This document shows, piece by piece, positions 7,257 through 14,356 of a stretch of 20,000 bases of DNA. The translations under genes and the position numbers were made by a program. The stretch covers positions 53,905 to 73,904 of the IMG/VR virus record IMGVR_UViG_3300028840_003224, one strand, 5' to 3'. This DNA is from an uncultured virus (IMG/VR IMGVR_UViG_3300028840_003224). Lineage: Duplodnaviria; Heunggongvirae; Uroviricota; Caudoviricetes. The notes beneath the pieces are model-generated. The model searched no databases, was not told the DNA's origin, and worked only from the letters and a program-made list of their open reading frames with translations. Position 1 is the first letter of the stretch, and each line of letters begins with the position of its first letter.

Positions 7257-7354
7257 CCTGGCTGCGGGGACTCTGGGACGTCCAGGTGTGACGTCCTTGC
7301 TTGTAACTGAAGGGTTCGATCCCCATTGGGTAGGTTGCAAGCCCCGCAGCTGGG
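7257..7354 (+). ncRNA. Structured RNA with T-loop hairpin in a three-way junction
   Basis: Closing stem GCTGCGGGG/CCCCGCAGC; hairpin GGACGTC/GACGTCC; stem CTTGTAACT/GGTTGCAAG enclosing GGG-TTCGATC-CCC. Confidence 0.65.
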
Positions 7355-7374
7355 ATTTCACAACGGAGAAGACG

Positions 7375-7449
7375 ATGAACTTACTTTTACCACTGTTGAT
7401 AATCGCCGTGCTGCTGGTGGCGTGGCTAACTGGAGGTGACAACATCTGA
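7375..7449 (+). CDS. 24-aa single-helix membrane peptide (MNLLLPLLIIAVLLVAWLTGGDNI)
   Basis: GGAG RBS; TGATG coupling to next ORF; not in ORF track. Confidence 0.6.
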   Translation: MNLLLPLLIIAVLLVAWLTGGDNI

Positions 7450-7691
7450 TGCTTGACGTACTGAGCGAAGAGAAGACGAAGAACGAAGGGAACGACATCG
7501 GCCCGTTGGTGTGGGACTGCCTCGCCAGCCATACTAGCCTGCCTCGGGCCGCGTGCAAGTCCCTGATCTACTGCCTGATCTACGGCGGACCTGTGCTCAA
7601 GATCTGCCGAGACAACAAGCTGGGTATCACCGAGATCATGTTGATCCGGACCACGTTCGACGACATTATGGAAGGCCATATCGCCCTTTAA
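7449..7691 (+). CDS. 80-aa protein resembling the PolA fingers/O-helix region
   Basis: GGAGGT RBS; RAACKSLIYCLIYGG matches RxxxKxxxYxxxYG. Confidence 0.65.
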   Translation: MLDVLSEEKTKNEGNDIGPLVWDCLASHTSLPRAACKSLIYCLIYGGPVLKICRDNKLGITEIMLIRTTFDDIMEGHIAL

Positions 7692-7714
7692 CCCTTAACC
7701 ACTTGGAGACTGTC

Positions 7715-7879
7715 ATGCGAAGTAAATGGCACGAGAGACAGGAAGAGAAGAAAGCCCTCATGGAAGAGAACGCAACGGAGCGTGCGAAACGCTCAAACAA
7801 AGAGCAGCTTGAGGCTCTTGACTTCCGCCTTGGGAAAGGCGTCGGAGCGAAGAAAGAAAGGAAACGGCTGGCCGAATGA
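7715..7879 (+). CDS. Small basic phage protein (QLEALDFRLGKGVGAKKERKRL)
   Basis: GGAG RBS then ATG 7715; ATGA overlap downstream. Confidence 0.75.
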   Translation: MRSKWHERQEEKKALMEENATERAKRSNKEQLEALDFRLGKGVGAKKERKRLAE

Positions 7880-8142
7880 TCGATCTGATACTGGGCTGGG
7901 CGTTGGCAGCCACCGTCATACTGCTGCTATTGTCATGGGCCCATAGTGACATGAACCGAGAGCTGGAGAGAGCCCTACAAGGGTGGCGCAAGGCAGCGGC
8001 CCTCAAGGACGAAGCTAAGAAGGAGCGCATGAGGTCCGACAAAGAGTGCGAACGACTCAAGTTAGAGCTGTCTGTGGCGAACGCTCGCCGCATCCAAGTC
8101 CTCGACGATATGCATGAGGCCCTCGAACAGCACGAATATTAA
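7876..8142 (+). CDS. Membrane-anchored coiled-coil protein
   Basis: N-terminal hydrophobic helix, charged helical remainder. Confidence 0.7.
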   Translation: MIDLILGWALAATVILLLLSWAHSDMNRELERALQGWRKAAALKDEAKKERMRSDKECERLKLELSVANARRIQVLDDMHEALEQHEY

Positions 8143-8147
8143 ACGCT

Positions 8148-8216
8148 TGCGGATGGGCTGGTGCTCAGCCGGGCCTCATAAGCCTGGACTCGAAGGTTCA
8201 ATCCCTTCATCCGCAA
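8148..8216 (+). tRNA. tRNA with CAT anticodon (Met or Ile2), shortened D arm
   Basis: TGCGGAT/ATCCGCA acceptor; CGGGC-CTCATAA-GCCTG; GAAGG-TTCAATC-CCTTC; only 15 nt between acceptor and anticodon stems. Confidence 0.8.
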
Positions 8217-8218
8217 CT

Positions 8219-8336
8219 TGATCGGTTCTCCTCGCGGCTTGCAGTACACAAGCTGCCAACCCCTGCCAGGGGTAACTAGCGGGGAAGCGGGCTCGCGCGA
8301 GCCCACGGCATGGGGTGCAATTCCTTGGCCGATCAC
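8219..8336 (+). ncRNA. Enlarged tRNA-like RNA: acceptor plus T-like arm, tetraloop hairpin instead of anticodon arm, branched domain instead of D arm
   Basis: TGATCGGT/GCCGATCA; TGGGG-TGCAATT-CCTTG; GGGCTC-GCGC-GAGCCC; TCCTCGC/GCGGGGA enclosing two hairpins. Confidence 0.65.
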
Positions 8337-8345
8337 TTACTGAAA

Positions 8346-8458
8346 TGCACCGAGGACTCTAGACCCGTGGTCCTCTGGTTGGTGCAGTCTCGTCTGGGCT
8401 TGGGCGGCGAAGTGGTAGACCAATACCCTCACCCCGGCCCAGCGAGGCGAACGGGTAT
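8346..8458 (+). ncRNA. Candidate structured RNA, two stacked stems with possible pseudoknot
   Basis: TGCACC/GGTGCA plus GAGGAC/GTCCTC; GTCTCG/CGAGGC plus CTGGGCT/GGCCCAG; loop ACCCGT complementary to ACGGGT 8451-8456. Confidence 0.5.
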
Positions 8459-8531
8459 GCCCCGTTAGACTAATGGCCATGTCGCCACCCTTTCAAGGTG
8501 GAGGTTGCGAGTTCGAGTCTCGCACGGGGTA
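8459..8531 (+). tRNA. trnE: tRNA-Glu(TTC), CCA not encoded
   Basis: GCCCCGT/ACGGGGT; CCACC-CTTTCAA-GGTGG; GCGAG-TTCGAGT-CTCGC. Confidence 0.93.
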
Positions 8532-8533
8532 CT

Positions 8534-8610
8534 GTGGTCGTAGCTCAATTAGTTAGAGCGTCGGATTGTGATTCCGAAGGTTGTGGATGCGAGTTCCACC
8601 GGCCACCCCA
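8534..8610 (+). tRNA. trnH: tRNA-His(GTG) with atypical elbow, CCA encoded
   Basis: GTGGTCG/CGGCCAC; TCGGA-TTGTGAT-TCCGA; GTGGA-TGCGAGT-TCCAC; C73 then CCA. Confidence 0.9.
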
Positions 8611-8635
8611 AACACCCTTAACCCTGGAGAGAATC

Positions 8636-9013
8636 GTGGAAGAACAAGTATTTGAACTCATCGAGACCGTGAAGGCTGGCTTGCCAGTCGTGTCCGAACA
8701 AGCTGTGCGTGCCTTACTCATCGACAAGTGGGTGGGGTTACTCTTCGGTCTCTTAGGCTTGCTCGTGACCATCCCGGCCAGTGTCTGGGCCATTCGGTGC
8801 TGGTACAAAGACTGCAAGCATGACGACGACTACATGATGGACCGCGACATGGAAGGCTTCATGCTGGTCGCCGCCGTCGTCCCTTCCGCTCTCGCGATCA
8901 TATCCTTGATCATCGTCGGCATCAATCTGTCCAGCATCATCAGCATCTCCAGCTGCCCGGACTACTACGCCGTGCTGCAAGTCATCGAGATGGCGAAGGG
9001 CGCGGTCAAATGA
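8636..9013 (+). CDS. Membrane protein with two TM helices
   Basis: GGAG RBS then GTG 8636; the listed start at 8498 overlaps tRNAs. Confidence 0.75.
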   Translation: MEEQVFELIETVKAGLPVVSEQAVRALLIDKWVGLLFGLLGLLVTIPASVWAIRCWYKDCKHDDDYMMDRDMEGFMLVAAVVPSALAIISLIIVGINLSSIISISSCPDYYAVLQVIEMAKGAVK

Positions 9014-9309
9014 TCTACATGGAATACGACCCGGACTCGGCAGGTACTCGCATCTCGTTCGTCGTTAAGGACACGTGCGACAACTCGATCCCGCAAGGGG
9101 TTGCCCACGCCCTCTTCGAGGGACTGGACGGCCAGTTCTTCACAGAGGGCCCACACCGTGCCCGAGCACCGCAGACCACGTTGAACCTGTTCAAGGTCGA
9201 CCTGCTTCTGCATGCTGCTAGGTGCGAGCAGAGGGACGCTGACATCCGCCAGCAGAAGCGGGACTTCGAGGCCAAGTATGGCAAAGAGCCGCCGAGGGAT
9301 TACAAATGA
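9010..9309 (+). CDS. Hypothetical protein
   Basis: ATGA overlaps at both ends. Confidence 0.7.
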   Translation: MIYMEYDPDSAGTRISFVVKDTCDNSIPQGVAHALFEGLDGQFFTEGPHRARAPQTTLNLFKVDLLLHAARCEQRDADIRQQKRDFEAKYGKEPPRDYK

Positions 9310-9734
9310 AGAAGTCATTTAAGAAGCTGACACTCGACGAGCGGGTATCCAAACTGCCGGTGTGGGCACAGGACCACATCAACGACTTGGAGCGTGACGT
9401 ACGGAACACCCGGCGACGGCTCGACCGCTTCCTCGACACCCAGACACCTACCAAGGTGTGGGTGGAGGACTATGTTGCTGGCGTGAAGAGCTACGTGCCT
9501 GACGACCGGGTTGTGATCTCCCACCAAGGGGTGACCTTGGAGGTGAACGCCCGTGGTGATGAAGGCATCAGGCTCCAGTGGCGTCCTCAGGGCACTCACG
9601 GCCTCGGAGAGCTGAGCTTCGTCCCGGTCAGCTACCAGCAGGCCAGGATCACCAACCTGCTCTATCAGCCAGCAGAGCTGGAACGTCTCGAACGATTTAA
9701 GCAGCGAGCCGAGGAGAACCCCGATGCACGGTAG
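9306..9734 (+). CDS. Hypothetical protein (KLPVWAQDHI)
   Basis: ATGA overlap; typical codon usage. Confidence 0.75.
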   Translation: MKKSFKKLTLDERVSKLPVWAQDHINDLERDVRNTRRRLDRFLDTQTPTKVWVEDYVAGVKSYVPDDRVVISHQGVTLEVNARGDEGIRLQWRPQGTHGLGELSFVPVSYQQARITNLLYQPAELERLERFKQRAEENPDAR

Positions 9735-9948
9735 ATTCTACCCAGAAGGCACCGACCCACCGAGGTTCATCCACCCCACGTTACCGCCATTTGAAACGGA
9801 GACAAGAGAAATGTGCAGCCGCCAATCCAACAACGACCGAGCATTCAACACTCTGTGCCTCATTGTCGGCATCTGTGCTTCGGTGCTGTGCGTGGCTGCC
9901 GCCACCGTCGCAGTGTCCGCTCTGATTTATTTGGTCAATTCTATTTGA
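9724..9948 (+). CDS. Small protein with C-terminal TM helix
   Basis: GAGGAG RBS; stop lies inside the next -35 box. Confidence 0.65.
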   Translation: MHGRFYPEGTDPPRFIHPTLPPFETETREMCSRQSNNDRAFNTLCLIVGICASVLCVAAATVAVSALIYLVNSI

Positions 9949-9972
9949 CAACTGAGTTCCGCGCGGTAAGCT
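9945..9972 (+). promoter_or_regulatory. Sigma70-type promoter TTGACA-N16-TAAGCT
   Basis: Followed by TTAAGTAGACAAAACA, nearly identical to the 5897 downstream element. Confidence 0.75.
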
Positions 9973-10019
9973 TTAAGTAGACAAAACAACTGATTCACTA
10001 ACCCTTTCTGGAGACCGTC

Positions 10020-10229
10020 ATGTCGGACGCGAAGAAACTGAAGAAGACGCGGAAGCACCTGAGCACGCTTACTCGTGGTCAGCTCGTAGCTCTCGCCACG
10101 CAGCGCACAGAGATGGGCTACCAAGCCATCCTGAAGTGTGCCACCGAAGAACTCGTCAACACCCTCGCCCAGGTGGCGAACGTGTTGAAGCCCATCGACG
10201 TCAGCGGCGTCGTGGAGGTGAGTGAATGA
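10020..10229 (+). CDS. Small basic hypothetical protein
   Basis: GGAG RBS, downstream of promoter. Confidence 0.75.
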   Translation: MSDAKKLKKTRKHLSTLTRGQLVALATQRTEMGYQAILKCATEELVNTLAQVANVLKPIDVSGVVEVSE

Positions 10230-10582
10230 AATGGCTAAGCATCTTCGTCGCCTGTACCATCGTGCTTGCCGTAGTCTGTGCGGAGACTTCCGCTCAGACT
10301 CGCAGGTATACATCGACTCGCTACTCGCAGATCCGTTCTGGGCCGATTGTCAGCTACTATGTGGACTTGACTCCAAGGCCTACAGTAACACGCGGACTTA
10401 CCGGGTCCAACGTGCCGCCGCACAACCCGATCTTTGATGGACCTAAGAAGTCCTACCGGTCGGGAGCGTACCGTAGCTCCAGCTCCAGCTATGCACCCAC
10501 TCGGTACTACGGCGGCTACTACCAGCTGATCATCAACCCCTACGTCGACCAGACGAAGTACAAAACCCTGGGAGTCAAATGA
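10226..10582 (+). CDS. Secreted Ser/Tyr/Arg-rich protein
   Basis: GGAGGT RBS; signal peptide ending TSA-Q. Confidence 0.7.
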   Translation: MKWLSIFVACTIVLAVVCAETSAQTRRYTSTRYSQIRSGPIVSYYVDLTPRPTVTRGLTGSNVPPHNPIFDGPKKSYRSGAYRSSSSSYAPTRYYGGYYQLIINPYVDQTKYKTLGVK

Positions 10583-10797
10583 CGGTACCAACACTAATAG
10601 CTGTAGTGGTTTCGGCGTGGGCATTCGTCGCGACGGTGCTTGCCATAGTAAACGCACAGGAACTGCGTGAAACGAAGGAAGCCAAGCACAACGTGGTCAG
10701 GGACTGGACAGAGTCTAGTGACCGAAGGAGCGACGCGAAGTCAGAGTTCTTCGAGGAACTCGAACGCATCACGGAGAAGTACAGGAGTAAGTGCTGA
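10579..10797 (+). CDS. Small membrane-anchored protein
   Basis: GGAG RBS; ATGA overlap; N-terminal TM. Confidence 0.7.
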   Translation: MTVPTLIAVVVSAWAFVATVLAIVNAQELRETKEAKHNVVRDWTESSDRRSDAKSEFFEELERITEKYRSKC

Positions 10798-11024
10798 TGA
10801 GCCCATCAAAGAATTGGTTGAGGACGTGCCGGATTGGGACACCTTCAAAGAACGTAACCGATCTGTTCTACCGTCTTGGTGTGAGCACGATCACTCACGA
10901 CAGCCTTATCGACGAACTGCGAGAGGCGTTGTTCGACAACGACGTCGACCGCGCCCTGCACTGGGCCGACAGGATCATCGACGTCACTGACGAACTGAAA
11001 CACTTCATCCGGGAGAGCAACTGA
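10797..11024 (+). CDS. Hypothetical protein
   Basis: AGGAG RBS; TGATG coupling at both ends. Confidence 0.7.
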   Translation: MSPSKNWLRTCRIGTPSKNVTDLFYRLGVSTITHDSLIDELREALFDNDVDRALHWADRIIDVTDELKHFIRESN

Positions 11025-11284
11025 TGATGATCAAACTGAAGACAATTACTGGGTTCTTCATCGTCAACACTAGCCACGTGACGGCGATGTCGCGGCTCAA
11101 AAACGGTGAGGAGTTCAAGTCACGCATCTACGTCAACGGCCCTGCTTGCGACAGCTGGTTCCAATCAGCCAACACGCTCGAAGAGATCTGGGACATGATG
11201 GAAGAGGAAGCCCTGCTGCAACAGCGGCTGCGACGTCCGCTCTGGAAAACAATCACCGACAGCCTGGGAATTACAAAGACATGA
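11024..11284 (+). CDS. Hypothetical protein
   Basis: GGAG RBS; TGATG and ATGA coupling. Confidence 0.7.
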   Translation: MMIKLKTITGFFIVNTSHVTAMSRLKNGEEFKSRIYVNGPACDSWFQSANTLEEIWDMMEEEALLQQRLRRPLWKTITDSLGITKT

Positions 11285-12267
11285 AACTCGAAGACATCGG
11301 CTTCTACACCCTGGAAGACTCTCGAACGGAGAGCCTCAGCATCAAAAGCCCAATGTGGCGTTGCGAGATGATCCTGACCGAGCGTTGCAACTTCAAGTGC
11401 CCGTACTGCCGTGGCCTGCGTGACGACTGCCAAGGCGATATGCCGGTCACCCGTGCTATCGAAGTGCTGGACCAGTGGTGCGCACAGGGCCTGAAGAACA
11501 TCCGCTTCTCTGGCGGCGAGCCGCTGCTCTACCCTCACCTGCACCAGCTCTGCTGTCGTGCGAAGGCTCAGGGTGTGGAGCGGATTGCTATAAGCACCAA
11601 CGGCTCGTTCCCGTACGACCGCTACCGATCCCTGATCGACGCTGGTGTCAACGACTTTAGCATCTCGTTCGACGCGTGCTGTGCTGAGGACTGCGAGACG
11701 ATGTCTGGCACTAACGAGTCCCGCATCCGCAAGTACGAACGGATCACCGAGAACATCCGCCAACTGTCCGAGCTGACCTACGTCACCGTGGGTGTCGTCC
11801 TGACCGACGACAACAAGGACGACCTCGCAGGTATCGTGGCGACGGCGTCTGAGCTTGGTGTGGCTGACATCCGGATCATCCCGGCAGCACAGGAAGGCAA
11901 CATGATCGAGGGCGTGGAGGCGATCCCGCAGCACACCCTGGACAAGCACCCGATCCTCGCTTACCGTGTGGCGAACCTGCTGGCGGGTAAGGCGGTTCGT
12001 GGCATCAAGCAAACGGACACGTCCACCTGCTCCATCGTTGTCGACGACTCGGTCGTCTGTGGCAAGTACCACTTCCCTTGCGTGATCTACATGCGGGAGC
12101 AGGGCGAGCCGATTGGTGAGGTTGGCCCTGACATGCGCAAAGATCGAGTCAGGTGGATGGTCAGGCACAACACACACGCGGACCCGATCTGCCGAAAGAA
12201 CTGCCTGGACGTATGTGTGCAGCACAACAACAAGTGTGTTGATTGCTTCGCGAGGAAACGCAAGTGA
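11281..12267 (+). CDS. Radical SAM enzyme with Cys-rich C-terminal (SPASM/twitch-like) region
   Basis: CNFKCPYC, FSGGEP, ISTNG, SISFD; C-terminal C...FPC...CRKNCLDVC. Start at ATG 11281. Confidence 0.92.
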   Translation: MKLEDIGFYTLEDSRTESLSIKSPMWRCEMILTERCNFKCPYCRGLRDDCQGDMPVTRAIEVLDQWCAQGLKNIRFSGGEPLLYPHLHQLCCRAKAQGVERIAISTNGSFPYDRYRSLIDAGVNDFSISFDACCAEDCETMSGTNESRIRKYERITENIRQLSELTYVTVGVVLTDDNKDDLAGIVATASELGVADIRIIPAAQEGNMIEGVEAIPQHTLDKHPILAYRVANLLAGKAVRGIKQTDTSTCSIVVDDSVVCGKYHFPCVIYMREQGEPIGEVGPDMRKDRVRWMVRHNTHADPICRKNCLDVCVQHNNKCVDCFARKRK

Positions 12268-12521
12268 ACGATTACTTGACCGCCATTGAGCAGGTGGCCT
12301 GTGCCAAGCCGCCGCAAGCCAGCATCATGGTGTACCAGATGACGTCGTTGGGCTTGCTGACTCATGACGATTTCGAGGAGCTGAGGCTTCTGATCGACCT
12401 TGAGTGCGGCTGCGAAGTCTGTGGCGGCACCCGTGGTGGCTGCCCTGGGAACGAGAACGTCGTAGACGGCACGATCATCTGCGACTACTGCTGGTGCGAC
12501 CAGCTAAGGCACAAAGAATGA
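12264..12521 (+). CDS. Small zinc-finger protein
   Basis: GAGGA RBS, GTGA overlap; CEVC...CDYC. Confidence 0.7.
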   Translation: MNDYLTAIEQVACAKPPQASIMVYQMTSLGLLTHDDFEELRLLIDLECGCEVCGGTRGGCPGNENVVDGTIICDYCWCDQLRHKE

Positions 12522-12904
12522 CGACCTTCATACTCCTAGTTTGCCTCGCCGACGTCAACCCAGACGTGGTGGAGGTGCGTGAGTTCGACCTGATTGTACA
12601 GAACGATGTGTGGCTCGTCTCCAGCCAGAACGGAGAAGAGTACCAGTCGCTTCGTCAGTTCATCTTCTTCAACTACGAGGAAGGCGAACCGGTGGCCAAG
12701 CTGTGCGTGCACACGAGCCTGACAGCCACCTGCTACACCCGTAGCGGTCGCCCGTACCTGAGCTACGTTGCCGAGGATGGGCGGCTGATGTGCCTCTATG
12801 GCGCAGCATACCGGAGCGTGCCGACCGGCAAAGACCTGAGGCACGCCCACAAGTACATGATATACAAGATGGCTAAGGATTGGTTCCTGGCCGCCCCACG
12901 TTAG
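12518..12904 (+). CDS. Hypothetical protein
   Basis: ATGA overlap at 12518; typical codon usage. Confidence 0.7.
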   Translation: MTTFILLVCLADVNPDVVEVREFDLIVQNDVWLVSSQNGEEYQSLRQFIFFNYEEGEPVAKLCVHTSLTATCYTRSGRPYLSYVAEDGRLMCLYGAAYRSVPTGKDLRHAHKYMIYKMAKDWFLAAPR

Positions 12905-12916
12905 AAAGGACCCCTC

Positions 12917-13063
12917 ATGAGCGTAGAGATTTGGGAAATGGAACAGGTTCTGTCCGAGTACAGTGACGCCCGGTCGGTCACCTTGCTCGTCAACGGCGTG
13001 CAGGAAGAGTTCACGATCATACCCGGCGACGACGGCCCCGTAATCAAGGTGGACACGATATGA
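12917..13063 (+). CDS. 48-aa acidic protein (MSVEIWEM...), not in ORF track
   Basis: AAGGA RBS; ATGA overlap downstream. Confidence 0.7.
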   Translation: MSVEIWEMEQVLSEYSDARSVTLLVNGVQEEFTIIPGDDGPVIKVDTI

Positions 13064-13284
13064 CAATGACCTACGAGCAAGCACTGGACGTGTTCGACCA
13101 CAAGCTGCGGCTTGTCATGCAAGGGCGCATGATCGAGTCGGACCAACTCTACGAGGCCATGCGGGTCGTACTGGTACACGGACGTGAACCTCTTGCAGTC
13201 GCTTTGCGTAAGCGTGATCGCCTCACCCGCGACCTGCGACTGCTCAACCAAGTCATCGACGGAGACACTCCGCGTGGAACCTAA
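13060..13284 (+). CDS. Hypothetical protein
   Basis: ATGA overlap; fits tiling. Confidence 0.7.
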   Translation: MTMTYEQALDVFDHKLRLVMQGRMIESDQLYEAMRVVLVHGREPLAVALRKRDRLTRDLRLLNQVIDGDTPRGT

Positions 13285-13672
13285 GAAGTTCAAGAGCAAG
13301 CACGGCCCCGAGCACAAGATCCAGGCCAAGTTCATCAAGTACCTGGAGATGCGCGGCTGGCGTGTGGAGCGGATGATTGGGAACCAGCTACAGATGGGCA
13401 TCCCGGACATCTATTGCATGCACCCCGTCCACGGCACCCGGTGGGTGGACCTGAAGCACGCAGGGAAATACGAATTCACTAAAGCACAGATCGTCAAGTG
13501 GCCTCTGTGGCGAGACCATGGTGTGGGCATCTGGATCATCGTCGGGTGGTCGGACGAAGAGTACAACAAGCTGTTCGCCCCGCCAAACTGGGAAGACTAC
13601 TGGAAGCCCAAGTACAATGACTACAATGTTGACATTATTATGCAGGAGCTGTTTGACGACTATGCGAATTAA
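13274..13672 (+). CDS. VRR-NUC family PD-(D/E)xK nuclease (putative junction resolvase)
   Basis: GGAG RBS then GTG 13274; EHKIQ...GIPDI...WVDLK...TKAQ. Confidence 0.8.
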   Translation: MEPKKFKSKHGPEHKIQAKFIKYLEMRGWRVERMIGNQLQMGIPDIYCMHPVHGTRWVDLKHAGKYEFTKAQIVKWPLWRDHGVGIWIIVGWSDEEYNKLFAPPNWEDYWKPKYNDYNVDIIMQELFDDYAN

Positions 13673-14261
13673 GAAACTCATTCTGGACCTTGACGGCGTT
13701 ATGGTGGACTTCGTAACAGCAGCCATGCACAAGACCGGAGTCATCGGCTACCAGAACTCTGAATATCCTGTGCGGGCTGGATGGAACATCGTGAAAGCAC
13801 GCAACATCCTGGCGAAGAAAACAAGTTACCTGCGTCCGATGAGCGACAAACAGTTCTGGCAACACTTCGACTTGATCGACTTCTGGGCCAACCTCGACTA
13901 TTGGCCAGGAGCCTTGAGCTTCTGGAACAAGTTGAGGTGGGGCTTCGGTGTGGATAACATCTTTGTCTGCACCAGCGGGCTTACACCTGAAGCGGCGGCG
14001 GGAAAGTCTATCTGGGTGAAGAACATGCTCCCCGGCTTCAACCCGAAGCACCTGTTCATCGGCACCAGTAAGCACCTTCTGGCCGGGCCCGACCGTATTC
14101 TGGTCGACGACCGCGACAAGAATTGTCTGGACTTTTACGAAGCTGGTGGTATGGGAGTGCTCGTCCCCCGCCCGTGGAACTCTGCCACCATGATCGACGA
14201 CCGAGAGTTCAAGAGCACCATCAACTCTCTGCACATGATGAATGTGAGCATGCCAGAATGA
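13662..14261 (+). CDS. HAD-family 5'(3')-deoxyribonucleotidase
   Basis: LDLDGVMVDF, FWANL, CTS, K..W, ILVDD, PWN. Confidence 0.88.
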   Translation: MRIKKLILDLDGVMVDFVTAAMHKTGVIGYQNSEYPVRAGWNIVKARNILAKKTSYLRPMSDKQFWQHFDLIDFWANLDYWPGALSFWNKLRWGFGVDNIFVCTSGLTPEAAAGKSIWVKNMLPGFNPKHLFIGTSKHLLAGPDRILVDDRDKNCLDFYEAGGMGVLVPRPWNSATMIDDREFKSTINSLHMMNVSMPE

Positions 14262-14356
14262 ATCCACATGCCCTCGCCGCAACAGCTCGACTGTTCTGTC
14301 TGATCATCTTCTGTGGGTTCGTCATCATGGCATTGTACGCGGAGCGCAACAAATGA
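14258..14356 (+). CDS. 32-aa membrane peptide
   Basis: ATGA overlaps at both ends; one TM helix. Confidence 0.6.
   Translation: MNPHALAATARLFCLIIFCGFVIMALYAERNK

Noticed and set aside
8498..8635. N-terminal extension of ORF 8498-9013, and ORFs 6966-7160 and 6767-6967
   Set aside because: They overlap tRNA or tRNA-like genes; an RBS supports GTG 8636 instead
11281..12267. Calling the radical SAM gene moaA, queE or nrdG
   Set aside because: Only the generic motifs are visible and pathway partners are absent from the window
13629..13660. Other TTGACA hexamers (3539, 13629, 14435) as promoters
   Set aside because: No TANNNT at 16-18 nt spacing
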